Part shown: piece after piece, positions 40,753 to 50,926 of the stretch
How positions within the stretch are numbered: position 1 is the stretch's first letter
How the letters are laid out: every line of letters begins with the position of its first letter
Source: Patescibacteria group bacterium
GTDB lineage: Bacteria; Patescibacteriota; Kazan-3B-28; UBA10110
DNA length: 64,000 nucleotides
Assembly: GCA_016936175.1 (NCBI GenBank)
Contig: JAFGPN010000016.1
Coordinates: forward strand, 1,648-65,647
Direction: 5' to 3'
Translations under genes and position numbers: made by a program
The notes under the pieces: model-generated
Databases searched by the model: none
Told to the model about the DNA's origin: nothing
What the model saw: only the letters and a program-made list of their open reading frames with translations

Positions 40753-40924
40753 ATTGGTTTTTATGTTTTTGGTGTTTTTTCATTATATCAAAAAAACAGC
40801 TTCCAGTCAAGAAAAATCTCTTGACCATATCTGGATACTGTGATAATCTACAATAAATTAGGGGGGTTCTTTGAAATATTCTGCTCATCACCTGGCAACT
40901 AGCCAAACAGGGAGGTGATGATGA

Positions 40925-41602
40925 GTGAGAGAGAAAAAGCCAAAACTGCTTTACCTGTACCGAGTAAAGATGGCTACTCGATTTCGGACCAGAATTGACT
41001 CCGGCTGGAGTCGCAAAGACATTACGGTTCGGGCGGAATCCCGCGGCGATGCGGTACGGCAGGCTATCAGACAACTAGGGTATGAGTATCTCCCCCCAGC
41101 TATGGGCACCAGCATCACCAAGAAAGACAAGCGTGCCGGAGAGGGCCGCTATTTCTTGGTTGGTTGCCGCGGAAGCGGCTATGTCTGTCAGGCCAAAGAT
41201 GCTCGCCAGGCCCGCGCCTACGTGATTAACGTATTAACCGAGCGTCATCGCAAGTCCGGTGACCTCGGCGATCCCCCAAGGCCAATCTGGCAGGTCTGGC
41301 CTGTTACGGCGGTGCGACAGCGCCCCAATGAGCAGCGCCGTGAGGTGGGTCTGCCACAAGTTAAGTTAACCCTGCCACCATCCCCATGGGTCTGTGCGTT
41401 TTGTGCGTTCCAAGACGACTTACGCAGATCAAGCAACGCCAAAGACCCATGTTACAACTGTGGTAAGACACCGCTCACCGAAGATGAGGAGCTGGAGGCG
41501 TGCGTTGCAGCTCGGCCGGCCGAGACCCCGCCACTCGGCGCGGCGGCCCAATCAGTCGGCGCTACTGCTGGTCTGTTTGATGCCGATTCCGCGCCACCCT
41601 AA
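40925..41602 (+). CDS. Hypothetical protein with C-terminal C4 zinc-finger-like motif (orphan)
   Basis: GGAGGTG RBS; W.C..C...C..CG. Confidence 0.55.
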   Translation: MREKKPKLLYLYRVKMATRFRTRIDSGWSRKDITVRAESRGDAVRQAIRQLGYEYLPPAMGTSITKKDKRAGEGRYFLVGCRGSGYVCQAKDARQARAYVINVLTERHRKSGDLGDPPRPIWQVWPVTAVRQRPNEQRREVGLPQVKLTLPPSPWVCAFCAFQDDLRRSSNAKDPCYNCGKTPLTEDEELEACVAARPAETPPLGAAAQSVGATAGLFDADSAPP

Positions 41603-41666
41603 AATTCTCACTCCAAACCGCCCCAAGTTTGAGGTATCCCACCTCGGACCCAATGGGCGGTTATTT

Positions 41667-41885
41667 TTATTTGTATGAGAGGTACGACATTAAAGCAGAA
41701 GATTCGCCCCAACTGTTCCACGTCCAGCTGACCAAGAAAATAAAGATTAGGATTAGTAGCAACCAGAATAACCAATGAGGCGACTCGTCGCGTTCTTCTG
41801 GAATCAGAATAATAAAAGACCGCTTATGCTGACGCATCATTGATTTTAATTTACCCAATTTAGAGGTCTTGGTTTTTGTGGCCAC
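41667..41885 (-). CDS. Small membrane protein
   Basis: Basic N-terminus and single TM; GGAG RBS. Confidence 0.55.
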   Translation of the reverse strand: MATKTKTSKLGKLKSMMRQHKRSFIILIPEERDESPHWLFWLLLILIFIFLVSWTWNSWGESSALMSYLSYK

Positions 41886-41902
41886 TGTCTACTCCGCTTC
41901 CA

Positions 41903-42562
41903 TTATATGGTCGGCATAATGATCAAGACAAATTCACCTTTGGGTTTCTGCTTGCCAAATCTATCAATTAACTCCATTACACCCCCCTTTCTGATCTCCT
42001 CGAACTTCTTAGTTAGCTCTCTTGCCACCACTATTTGACGATTGCCCAGATACTGCTCGATGTCTTTTAGGGTTTTTATTACTCGCATCGGCGACTCGTA
42101 GATTACCATTGGTATATCTAGCCCAGCCATCTCCGAGAATAGGGTTTGTCGACCCTGTTTTTTGGGTAGAAACCCCAAAAAATAAAATGCATCGGCATTA
42201 ATTCCAGCAGCCGATAGCGCAGTGGTTAAGGCGGAGACGCCTGGAATTGGCACTACCGTAGCTCCAGCTTCGATTGCCTCGTGAACCAGCTTGCCTCCGG
42301 GATCCTGAATTCCCGGGGTGCCGGCATCGGTTACCAGGGCGATATCCTCGCCGTGCTTTAATCGTTTTAGTATCTCACCACTTGGGCTGTGCTGGTGGTA
42401 GGTAATCACCGGAGTTTTTACCTCGTATTTATTTAACAGAGTACGGGTTACCCGCGAGTCCTCACAGGCGATAGCGCTGACCTCTTTAAGCATGCGAACT
42501 GCTCGCAGGGTAATATCCTCTAAATTGCCGATGGGGGTGGCCACCACATATAGTGTGCCCAT
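41903..42562 (-). CDS. rsmI: 16S rRNA C1402 2'-O-methyltransferase RsmI (start at MGTLY)
   Basis: LYVVATPIGNLEDIT.RA, DAGTP.I.DPG, YESP.R, RELTK.FEE. Confidence 0.95.
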   Translation of the reverse strand: MGTLYVVATPIGNLEDITLRAVRMLKEVSAIACEDSRVTRTLLNKYEVKTPVITYHQHSPSGEILKRLKHGEDIALVTDAGTPGIQDPGGKLVHEAIEAGATVVPIPGVSALTTALSAAGINADAFYFLGFLPKKQGRQTLFSEMAGLDIPMVIYESPMRVIKTLKDIEQYLGNRQIVVARELTKKFEEIRKGGVMELIDRFGKQKPKGEFVLIIMPTI

Positions 42563-43827
42563 TAGGTTAACCATTTAATTAGAAGCAAAATATCTAACCC
42601 CAGCATTAACACTATGCTGGCAATTCCTAGCAGATTAGCCGACCAGCTATTAGTATGCCCCCGCATAATCTTTTTATTATTGGCTACCAGCAAGAGAATA
42701 ACTAATAAAATGGGAGTAACTATGCCGTTGAGCACCTGGGTATATAACAGCATAATCATCGGCGGGATATGGGTTAATACCAACAAAGCGCTAATTACAA
42801 TACTGCCAACCAGGATGCTATAAAATCCGCGAGCTTGTTTTATAGATTTGCTTAAACTTGCAGGCAGGCTAAGCGCTTCGGCCGCCGTATAGGCGGTGGA
42901 GGCAGCCAAAACCGGGATGCCAATTAGTCCGGAGAAGATAATGCCGACCGAAAAAAGAATAAATGCCCAATGGCCGGCTAATGGCTTTAGCATTAGGGCG
43001 GCCTGAGTAGCGCTCTCAATTAGTCGATCACCCTTAAATACGGTAGCGGCGATCAATATAATTACCAAAGCAATTAGGTTGGCGTAAATAAAGCCGATAG
43101 TTACCCCAGATCTCTCCCGTCGTAGATCCTTAATTGTGGTTTTATCCTCTGCTTCTTCGGTGGTCTGCCAAAAAATCAAATATGGGCTAATAATTGTGCC
43201 CAATAGAGCTACAGCCGCCACTAACAGCATCAATGACCCGTCCCATCGAATCGGCCACAACTGATTGATTAGCTCGGCGGTATCGATTCGAATCGTAAAA
43301 ACTGCCGCTACATATACCAACAGGGCCAGGGTTACCACCAATAGGTAACGACTAATCGCCGCGTAGCTACCGATAGTTAACAGCGCGGCCAAGATCAGGG
43401 CCAGGGGTAGCACCAATATCTCCCAGCTAACGTTGGTAAACACCCCAACAATCTCTGCCATCGCCGCAATATCTGCCCCGATTGTAGCCACATTACAGAT
43501 CAATACAATCAAGCCAGCCACTATCGCCCAGCGCACTCCGTAGTGGGTTTTAATTACCCGATTTAGTCCCTGTTTAGTTACCACCCCGATTCGGGCGCTC
43601 ATCTCTTCGATAGCTACCACTAAAGGGGTAATCAGGGCTAGTAGCCAAATCAAACTAAACCCAGTAGTAGCGCCTACTTGAGCAAAGGTAGCAATGCCCG
43701 AAGGGTCGTTATCGGCGGCTCCGGTTATTACCCCCTCGCGATACAGCGAAAAATACTGCCAGATACCTCGGCGTCGTTTAATTGGGACGGCTAATTTTGA
43801 GCGATGGCGTGATATAGTTTTAGCCAT
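42562..43827 (-). CDS. NRAMP family divalent metal transporter (start uncertain)
   Basis: GAADNDPSGIAT, EMSARIG.VT, G..ISPY. Confidence 0.88.
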   Translation of the reverse strand: MAKTISRHRSKLAVPIKRRRGIWQYFSLYREGVITGAADNDPSGIATFAQVGATTGFSLIWLLALITPLVVAIEEMSARIGVVTKQGLNRVIKTHYGVRWAIVAGLIVLICNVATIGADIAAMAEIVGVFTNVSWEILVLPLALILAALLTIGSYAAISRYLLVVTLALLVYVAAVFTIRIDTAELINQLWPIRWDGSLMLLVAAVALLGTIISPYLIFWQTTEEAEDKTTIKDLRRERSGVTIGFIYANLIALVIILIAATVFKGDRLIESATQAALMLKPLAGHWAFILFSVGIIFSGLIGIPVLAASTAYTAAEALSLPASLSKSIKQARGFYSILVGSIVISALLVLTHIPPMIMLLYTQVLNGIVTPILLVILLLVANNKKIMRGHTNSWSANLLGIASIVLMLGLDILLLIKWLT

Positions 43828-44636
43828 TCGGGAATCGTTAAGGTTTGGGCGCGGCGGGTGCTTTGGATACCGCAATCTTCTAAGATCTGCTTAGTTTTGG
43901 GCAGGGGCAGATGTAACCCGTCAGCCAAAGAATTGTGTAACTGCTTTCGTCTCTCGCCGAATCCGGCCTTAACTATCCGAAAGAAAGCAGTATCATCGTC
44001 AACCTGGTATTTATTGGTTTTGTAAGGTGTGATTTGGAGAATAGCCGAATCAACCTTTGGGGCTGGCCAGAACGAAAATCTGGAAACATCGGCAACTATC
44101 TTTGGTTGACCGTAGGTCTGAACCGCGACTGATAGCAAGTTAGCATTGGGCGGAAGAGCAGCGATTCTTTCTGCTACCTCCTTCTGCACCATCACCACTA
44201 TCATAGCAGGGCAAATCTTGCTTTGTAAGAAAAATCGCAGGATAGCCGAAGTAAGATAGTAGGGCAGGTTGGCTATTAATTTGTAACTCTTGCCGAAATG
44301 TTGCCGAAAAAAGCTGGGGGCGAGAGTTAGCGCATTAGCCTCGACAATCTTTATGTTATTTATGTCACGATTAATCTCCCGAAAGATTTTAATCATCTGG
44401 TAATCTTTTTCTACCGCTACTATCCGCTTAACCTTCGGGGCTAGCGCCCTGGTTAATGTGCCTAAACCCGGTCCAATCTCTAATACGCTATCAGTCGATT
44501 TAAGATGGGCTGCGGCTACTATCTCTTTTAAAGCGGCTTTATCCACTAAAAAATGTTGCCCCAACTTTTTTTGGGCAAAAACTTGATACTCTCTAAGGAT
44601 TCGCCGAATCAGATCGGTATCGGTCAGATCGATCAT
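43791..44636 (-). CDS. rsmA: 16S rRNA dimethyladenosine transferase
   Basis: KKLGQHFL, EIGPG.G.LT, ANLPYY, QKEVAERI, P.PKVDS. Confidence 0.96.
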   Translation of the reverse strand: MIDLTDTDLIRRILREYQVFAQKKLGQHFLVDKAALKEIVAAAHLKSTDSVLEIGPGLGTLTRALAPKVKRIVAVEKDYQMIKIFREINRDINNIKIVEANALTLAPSFFRQHFGKSYKLIANLPYYLTSAILRFFLQSKICPAMIVVMVQKEVAERIAALPPNANLLSVAVQTYGQPKIVADVSRFSFWPAPKVDSAILQITPYKTNKYQVDDDTAFFRIVKAGFGERRKQLHNSLADGLHLPLPKTKQILEDCGIQSTRRAQTLTIPEWLKLYHAIAQN

Positions 44637-45304
44637 TAAATTACGAAATAGTGGATGTTAATTCGACCGGCGCCCAAGGGGGCGAGCTTTGTAAAAGCCA
44701 CGCTGTTAAGATCTAAGCTAACGCCAGTCTCTGCAGTGGGACCATAGTCGTTAATCTCCACATCAACATATTTGCCCGTAGCATCGGCTGTCACTCTTAA
44801 TCGAGTACCTTTAGGGAACTGAGTGCTCGCGGCAGTTAATTTATTGCCAAATCGGTACCAGGTGGCCGTGCCGCTATAAGTTGGTGATTTAGGCTCAACT
44901 ATTTTGGGTGTCTTTGGAGTAGTAGCCACAACGATTGGCTCGGCTTGGGGGGGCCGGATAGCCTCTAAATTATCCGCTACAGTGCGATTGACCTTGGCTG
45001 GGTCAACTTTTACCTCGATATTTAAATTAGGGGTAATCTCGGTTGAGCGACCCGGCGATAAATCAATAATCTGGTTACCATCTGGGTATAGCGAATCAAT
45101 TAACTCCCCCACCGTCCGGTAAGCCATGCTCTGGGTAGTGGCCAATCCGTTTATCTTCACCTCCACCGTAGTAGTCTCGGCTTCGGCCGATTGGAGAGCA
45201 AAGAACATATATACAAATATCGCCAGCAAAAAAACAAACAGGGCGCTGACCCTCGGGTTTACAATTCTGTCCGAAGTTGTTTCAGAGTAGTCGAATTCAC
45301 CCAC
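44636..45304 (-). CDS. Membrane-anchored RlpA-like (DPBB) domain protein
   Basis: G.ATWY, TAAS..FP.GT.LRV, V.V.INDYGP, LDL...AF..L. Confidence 0.75.
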   Translation of the reverse strand: MGEFDYSETTSDRIVNPRVSALFVFLLAIFVYMFFALQSAEAETTTVEVKINGLATTQSMAYRTVGELIDSLYPDGNQIIDLSPGRSTEITPNLNIEVKVDPAKVNRTVADNLEAIRPPQAEPIVVATTPKTPKIVEPKSPTYSGTATWYRFGNKLTAASTQFPKGTRLRVTADATGKYVDVEINDYGPTAETGVSLDLNSVAFTKLAPLGAGRINIHYFVI

Positions 45305-45362
45305 GAGCTTTCTCCTAAGTACTTGCCAACTACATAATTATACCTCACGAAAGGACGACTAA

Positions 45363-47495
45363 CTAATGCTTTGAGGCGGCCAGCTTTTTTATTGGGGCGA
45401 GCCCCTTGGCTAATCGTTTGACCCCCAGTTTCCCAAACAGCACCACTATCTCATCACTGCTTGTTCGGATAACCGAGCCGACCCCAAAGTGGACGTGTTC
45501 CACCATGTCCCCAGTTTTAACTCGGATATTTTGGGCAGGCTTTTCGGTTGCTGTAGTTATCGCCTCGGTTGTTTCGACACCAGTGGTGGTTAGTTCAACC
45601 GGGATATCGTCCAAAAAACGAGAGGGTGTGCCCGTGTATTGTTTGCCGTAGATTAGGCGCTGAGTGGCGTGCAATAGATAGATTTTTCGTTTGGCCCGAG
45701 TGATACCGACATAACACAAACGCCTCTCCTCTTCCAATTCCTCTCTATCTAATAAACTGCGAGAATGCGGAAACAGATTTTCCTCCATCCCAGCGATAAA
45801 CACCGAATCAAATTCCAGCCCCTTAGCCGAATGTAGCGTCATCAAGGTTACCGCTTCATTGTTCTCGTTATAACTATCGATATCTTGGATTAAGCTGACC
45901 TCTTCTAAAAAGGTTTGAAGCGCCAGGTTACTCTCGAGGTAATCGTATTTTTCAACTACGCTCTTTAGTTCTTTAACATTTTCTATTCGGGTTTCACCCT
46001 CGATAGTTTTGTCGTTTAAAAAGGTGAGGTAGTTAGTCTTGTTAACCACTAAATCAAATAAGCCACTTAAATTCTTTTTCCAGCTTCTGGCCTGCTTGAT
46101 GGTCTTGGCCAATTCGGTCAGAGCAATTTTGGCCCTGCCACCGACTGGGACAATATCTAACACCTCGCTTAAATTTTTTTGTTCTTCGGCGGCAAATTTG
46201 CATAAACCCTCCCAACCTTTTTCTCCAATACCTCGAGTCGGCACATTAATAATTCGTTGCAGACTAATTTCGTCTTGGGGGTTAGCAATTACCCTTAAGT
46301 AAGCCAACACATCTTTGATCTCTTTTCTGTCATAGAATCTTACCCCACCCACTACTCGATAGGGTGTACTACGCTTTATAAATGCTTCTTCTAACGACCT
46401 CGATTGGGCGTTGGTGCGATACAGCACCACAAAATCATTAAGGGTGAGTTCGGGGTGGAGTTGCTGCTGTCGCGCTATCTCCTCAATAATAAAAGCGCCC
46501 TCATACTGTTCGGTGGGTACATTAATAATAGCGATCGGTTCTCCTGGCCCCCGGCCAGTCCACAATTTTTTTTGGCTGCGATTTTGATTTAGAGCGATTA
46601 CCGCACCAGCGGCGTCTAGAATATTCTGGGTCGAGCGATAGTTCTCTTCCAATTTAATTACCTTAGCGGCTGGATAATCCCGATTGAAATTTAGAATATT
46701 ACGATAGTTGGCCCCTCGCCAAGAATAGATCGATTGCCAATCATCCCCTACTACAAACAGGTTGTGGTGTTTGTCGGATAGCAGTTTAGTCAGCTGATAC
46801 TGAGCGGCATTTGTATCTTGATATTCATCCACCATCACATATTTAAAGAGCTTTTGGTATTTTTCTAATACCTTTGGTTCTTGTTTAAATAGCTTAACCG
46901 TTAATAACAACAGATCATCAAAATCAACACTGTTGTTTTTGTGTAATAACTCTTGATATCGAGGATAGATTTTAGCCACCGATTGCTGAAAATGGCCTTG
47001 GGCTAGCTTGCTGTACTCTTCAGGCCCGACCATCTCGTTTTTGGCGCCCGAGATATAGCTGAGAATAGCACCTGGCGCATATTTGGAAGAATCGACATTC
47101 AGCTCACGCATGGCTTGCTTAACGGCAGTCAGTTGCTCGTCAGTATCCAAAATAGTAAAGCTGGTGGGTCGGTTTAGATGGGCTATCTCTCGCCGCAGGA
47201 TTCTAACACACAGTGAATGAAAGGTGCTGATCGATAACTGTTTATCCGATTTGATTCCCAGTAATTTTTTAACCCGTTCCTTCATCTCGCCGGCCGCTTT
47301 GTTGGTAAAGGTAACTGCCAAAATCTCGTCCGCCCGAGCCTTCTTCTGCTGGATAATATGGGCGATCCGGGTAGTGAGCGTTTTGGTTTTGCCAGAGCCA
47401 GCCCCGGCCAGTATTAGTACCGGTCCTCGAAGTGCCTGAACAGCTTCCTGTTGGGCCGGATTTAAGTTTTTGAGCAGGTCTTTCATAAACAACAC
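45363..47495 (-). CDS. pcrA: ATP-dependent DNA helicase PcrA/UvrD
   Basis: AGAGSGKT, TFTNKAA, VDEYQDTN, GDD.QSIY, YRTNAQS, H.AKGLEF, EERRL.YV. Confidence 0.95.
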   Translation of the reverse strand: MLFMKDLLKNLNPAQQEAVQALRGPVLILAGAGSGKTKTLTTRIAHIIQQKKARADEILAVTFTNKAAGEMKERVKKLLGIKSDKQLSISTFHSLCVRILRREIAHLNRPTSFTILDTDEQLTAVKQAMRELNVDSSKYAPGAILSYISGAKNEMVGPEEYSKLAQGHFQQSVAKIYPRYQELLHKNNSVDFDDLLLLTVKLFKQEPKVLEKYQKLFKYVMVDEYQDTNAAQYQLTKLLSDKHHNLFVVGDDWQSIYSWRGANYRNILNFNRDYPAAKVIKLEENYRSTQNILDAAGAVIALNQNRSQKKLWTGRGPGEPIAIINVPTEQYEGAFIIEEIARQQQLHPELTLNDFVVLYRTNAQSRSLEEAFIKRSTPYRVVGGVRFYDRKEIKDVLAYLRVIANPQDEISLQRIINVPTRGIGEKGWEGLCKFAAEEQKNLSEVLDIVPVGGRAKIALTELAKTIKQARSWKKNLSGLFDLVVNKTNYLTFLNDKTIEGETRIENVKELKSVVEKYDYLESNLALQTFLEEVSLIQDIDSYNENNEAVTLMTLHSAKGLEFDSVFIAGMEENLFPHSRSLLDREELEEERRLCYVGITRAKRKIYLLHATQRLIYGKQYTGTPSRFLDDIPVELTTTGVETTEAITTATEKPAQNIRVKTGDMVEHVHFGVGSVIRTSSDEIVVLFGKLGVKRLAKGLAPIKKLAASKH

Positions 47496-47569
47496 CCAGT
47501 ATATTACATTAGATACGGATAGGTAGTAACCCCCTCTGCTATACTTAAGTCTGGGACTAAACTATTTAT

Positions 47570-48328
47570 ATGTCGGGACATTCCAAGTGGTCGACCATCA
47601 AACGGAAAAAGGGGGCGGCGGACGTTAAACGTAGCGCCTTGTTTACAAAATTAGCCAAGGGAATCGAAGTAGCCGCTCGAGGGAGTGGGGGCAATCCCGA
47701 CCTTAATTTTCGATTAAAGCTGGCTATCCAAAAAGCCAAGGGCTCCAATATGCCGACCAGCAGCATTGATAAGGCGATTAAAAAAGGAACCGGCGAGGAC
47801 AAGGCCGCGGCCCTGATCGAAGAGGCTACTTACGAAGGCCTGGGAGCTGGTAATGTGGCGGTGGTAGTTTCTGCCATGACCGATAATAAAAATCGAACAG
47901 TAGCCGAACTGCGCAATATCTTTAATAAAGCTGGGGCCACTTTTGGCACACCAGTAGCTTGGCAGTTTGATAATCGAGGCATCCTAAGAGTCAAAAAGTC
48001 GGGCGACCTCGAGGCTTTAGAGTTAGCGGCTATCGAAGCAGGGGCTCTTGAGATTGACGACACTGGCGACGAGTTAGAGATTACCACTTTGCCCAAAGAG
48101 CTAGATAAAATTAAGACGGCTTTAGAGTCGGCTGGCTATAAGGTGGCTGAGGCGGAGTTGGGGTTAGTACCAAAACAAAGAGTAACTATTACCGACCCTG
48201 TCTCGGCTCAAAAAATATTGAATTTTCTGGATGCTCTGGAGGACCACGAGGATGTTGGTCAGGTTTTTAGTACTCTCGATGTGCCGGATGAAGTATTAGA
48301 AAAATTAAGAATGAATAATGAAGAATGA
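47570..48328 (+). CDS. yebC: YebC/PmpR family protein
   Basis: MSGHSKWSTIKRKK, YEG, TDNKNRT, LED.EDV. Confidence 0.95.
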   Translation: MSGHSKWSTIKRKKGAADVKRSALFTKLAKGIEVAARGSGGNPDLNFRLKLAIQKAKGSNMPTSSIDKAIKKGTGEDKAAALIEEATYEGLGAGNVAVVVSAMTDNKNRTVAELRNIFNKAGATFGTPVAWQFDNRGILRVKKSGDLEALELAAIEAGALEIDDTGDELEITTLPKELDKIKTALESAGYKVAEAELGLVPKQRVTITDPVSAQKILNFLDALEDHEDVGQVFSTLDVPDEVLEKLRMNNEE

Positions 48329-48833
48329 AGAACCAACGCATCCAACTAGTAGAATTATTCTGGGATTAGACCCCGGCACGGCTACTACCGGTTTTGGTGT
48401 AGTTAAAAAAGAACAGGGCGATATCTCGCTGGTCGATTGCGGTTATATTACCACCCCATCAACCGATTCGGCCTCAGACCGATTATTAGTAATTGGGCGA
48501 GCGATTGAGAAACTAATTAAAACTCACCGACCCGATGTGGTGGCAGTAGAAAAATTATTCTTTGCCAAGAACCAAACTACCGCTATGTCGGTGTCTCAAT
48601 CTCGAGGCGTGATATTGGCCAGTATCGCTCGTCAGAAGTTACCGTTATTGGAGTATACTCCACTGCAGGTTAAACAAACGATTACTGGCTATGGTCGGGC
48701 TGATAAGCAACAGATTCAAAGAATGGTTAAGGCGTTGCTTAAACTGGAACAAGTGCCAAAGCCGGACGATGTCGCCGATGCTTTGGCGGTGGCCATCTGT
48801 GGGGCTTACGAAAAAGCCCCGGTGCTACAATAG
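48318..48833 (+). CDS. ruvC: Holliday junction resolvase RuvC
   Basis: ILGLDPG, VEKLFF, YTP.QVK..I.GYG.A.K.Q, DD.ADALA. Confidence 0.96.
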   Translation: MKNEEPTHPTSRIILGLDPGTATTGFGVVKKEQGDISLVDCGYITTPSTDSASDRLLVIGRAIEKLIKTHRPDVVAVEKLFFAKNQTTAMSVSQSRGVILASIARQKLPLLEYTPLQVKQTITGYGRADKQQIQRMVKALLKLEQVPKPDDVADALAVAICGAYEKAPVLQ

Positions 48834-48837
48834 ATAT

Positions 48838-49395
48838 ATGATAGCTTCTGTTAGTGGCCAGGTTATTAGCAAAGGATTAGATCATCTCGTAGTCGAGGTT
48901 GGTGGCATTGGTTATCTAATCTTTACGACTACAGATGTGTTAACCACCTCCTCAATCGGAGATGAGATTCGTCTGCTTACCCATATGGTGGTTCGTGAGG
49001 ATGCTCAAGCTCTTTATGGATTTATTAATCCGGCCCAGCTACGATTATTTTCGATGTTGATTGGTGTTTCGGGAGTAGGTCCGCGCATCGCCTTAGCTGT
49101 TTTAAGTTCTGGCAAGGTGGAAGAGCTTCGTTCTGCCATCGGTCGGGGTGATAGCGATATCTTTACTGCCATCTCGGGTATCGGTAAAAAGACCGGTGAG
49201 CGGATTGTCTTAGAACTAAAAACCAAGATTACCGATATCACCGAAGTTGGCACGGGCGGTAGTTCGGCTGATATTATTAATGCACTGTCCGGTTTAGGTT
49301 ATAATATGTATGAAATCAGAGAGGTTTTGGGTAAGCTCTCCCCTACCGCCCCGGTAGAAGAGAAATTAAAAGAAGCGCTCAAACTCCTCAGTTGA
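48838..49395 (+). CDS. ruvA: Holliday junction branch migration protein RuvA (ATG 48838)
   Basis: VGGIGY, VRED...LYGF, VSGVGP..AL, GIGKKT.ERI.LELK. Confidence 0.95.
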   Translation: MIASVSGQVISKGLDHLVVEVGGIGYLIFTTTDVLTTSSIGDEIRLLTHMVVREDAQALYGFINPAQLRLFSMLIGVSGVGPRIALAVLSSGKVEELRSAIGRGDSDIFTAISGIGKKTGERIVLELKTKITDITEVGTGGSSADIINALSGLGYNMYEIREVLGKLSPTAPVEEKLKEALKLLS

Positions 49396-49398
49396 TCA

Positions 49399-49467
49399 AT
49401 AATCGACTTGTCGTCCCCGAGCCGGAAACGAAGTGCTCCGACATCGGGGATCCAGACCGAAACAGAA
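49399..49467. repeat. Second copy of the 890-960 palindromic unit
   Basis: Shared ATAATCGAC..GTCGTCCYCGAGCCGGA..TCCGACATCGGGGA..CAGAC..AAACAGA. Confidence 0.8.
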
Positions 49468-49521
49468 AAAACTAAATTTTATTGAATTTATTTTTTAATT
49501 ATTAAAAGGGAGGGTTTGTTG

Positions 49522-49713
49522 ATGGCTAAGAAAAATAGTAATACTGGCGGTTGTGGTTGGTTTATGGATGACTGGTTCTACGCGCTGATAGCTATCTTAA
49601 TTGGTTTTGCCTTGTTGGGCGTTAACCTAGGCTGGCTGGAGCCAAGCTGGATAGATTATTGGCCGGTCCTGCTGATTGTGATCGGGGGTAAGGAGCTATT
49701 AGAAAGAAACTAA
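49522..49713 (+). CDS. Small membrane protein, LiaI/LiaF-like (DUF5668-like)
   Basis: ILIG..LL..NLG.......YWP.LLI.IG pattern. Confidence 0.55.
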   Translation: MAKKNSNTGGCGWFMDDWFYALIAILIGFALLGVNLGWLEPSWIDYWPVLLIVIGGKELLERN

Positions 49714-49797
49714 AGGGTCGGCGTAGTTGGTCGATTTACGAGCCCGGCTTGAACAGTCGGGCTTGTTCATTAGCGGCCTATGATAGAGTTGAGATAT

Positions 49798-50790
49798 ATG
49801 AAGAGGAGCTATTGGTTAACGATTGTTTGTCTTGGTGGGGTAATGGTTGCTATTATTGTCACCCTGACTATCTTGTGGGCGCCGATTGCCCCCGGTAGCC
49901 GCGGAGGCGGACCCAGAATGATTACCGTAAAATCTGGCGAGAGCATTAGTGCCATCGCCCAAGATCTTAAGCGCCAACGGCTTATTCGGTCAGTTTGGGG
50001 CTTTAAGCTCTATCTCAAGCTCACCGGGCGAGTGATTGTCCAGCCCGGGACATACGGTCCGCTATATGGCAACGATTCGTTGCCCAGGATAGCCAATATG
50101 ATAGCCAGTGGTTCAACTGCTAACGTTACCGTAACTATCCCCGAAGGCTACACCCTAGCGCAGATCACTGACACCCTGTCAGCTAAAGGGGTGGCCAGTG
50201 CCGAAGAGTTTACCGCCGCTCTAAGCGCCTTTGCACCGGACTATGAATTTTTTAAATCCAAGCCTGCCAAGCGTTCGCTGGAAGGTTTTTTGTTTCCCGA
50301 CACATACCGCTTAATCAAGGGTGAACCAGCCGAAGCGATTCGGATGATGCTAGATAACTTTGGGGTGAAATATCGTGACGAGATTAAACCCGAGCTGGAC
50401 GATAAAAGTTTGTACGAAATAATGATTATCGCCTCGTTGGTCGAGAAGGAAGCCAAAACCCAAACCGATCGCAAACAGATTGCCGCCGTGCTCTATAATC
50501 GGCTGGATGCAAAGATGCGATTGGATGTTGATGCAACGGTTCGTTATGCGATTAACGATTGGAAGAAGGCGTTAACTAAAGAAGATCTCTCGGTTGACTC
50601 TCCGTATAATACTCGTCGTTATGGCGGCCTCCCCCCTACCCCCATCTGCAACCCAGGGCTGGCTTCCATTAAAGCGGCGCTTAGTCCGCCCGACAGTGAC
50701 TACTATTACTATCTGACCGATTACCAAGGCGTGACTCACTATGCTAAAACCCTGAAGGAGCACGCCGACAACAAACTAAAATATCTGTAG
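49798..50790 (+). CDS. mltG: Endolytic transglycosylase MltG (start 49780 or 49798)
   Basis: VTIPEG, LEGFLFPDTY, ASLVEKE, DAT, SPYNT...GLPPTPI.NPG. Confidence 0.95.
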   Translation: MKRSYWLTIVCLGGVMVAIIVTLTILWAPIAPGSRGGGPRMITVKSGESISAIAQDLKRQRLIRSVWGFKLYLKLTGRVIVQPGTYGPLYGNDSLPRIANMIASGSTANVTVTIPEGYTLAQITDTLSAKGVASAEEFTAALSAFAPDYEFFKSKPAKRSLEGFLFPDTYRLIKGEPAEAIRMMLDNFGVKYRDEIKPELDDKSLYEIMIIASLVEKEAKTQTDRKQIAAVLYNRLDAKMRLDVDATVRYAINDWKKALTKEDLSVDSPYNTRRYGGLPPTPICNPGLASIKAALSPPDSDYYYYLTDYQGVTHYAKTLKEHADNKLKYL

Positions 50791-50797
50791 GAGTGAA

Positions 50798-50926
50798 CCC
50801 CATTACAAACTCGTAGTAAAAATAATTCATAGAATTATTTTTACAAATCACTAGCCAATCAGTAACCATATGCGCATCTCTTTATCACTAAATTACCAAA
50901 AGCTGTTTCGTAAGTTTGTAACGGGG
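50798..50926. mobile_element. CCCCGTTAGAA-TIR miniature element, copy 3 (129 bp)
   Basis: CCCCATTACAAACT...AGTTTGTAACGGGG; last G is the G of the comEC GTG. Confidence 0.65.

Noticed and set aside
49396..49780. Loss of ruvB after ruvC-ruvA
   Set aside because: ruvB may lie elsewhere in the genome; no remnant is visible here.
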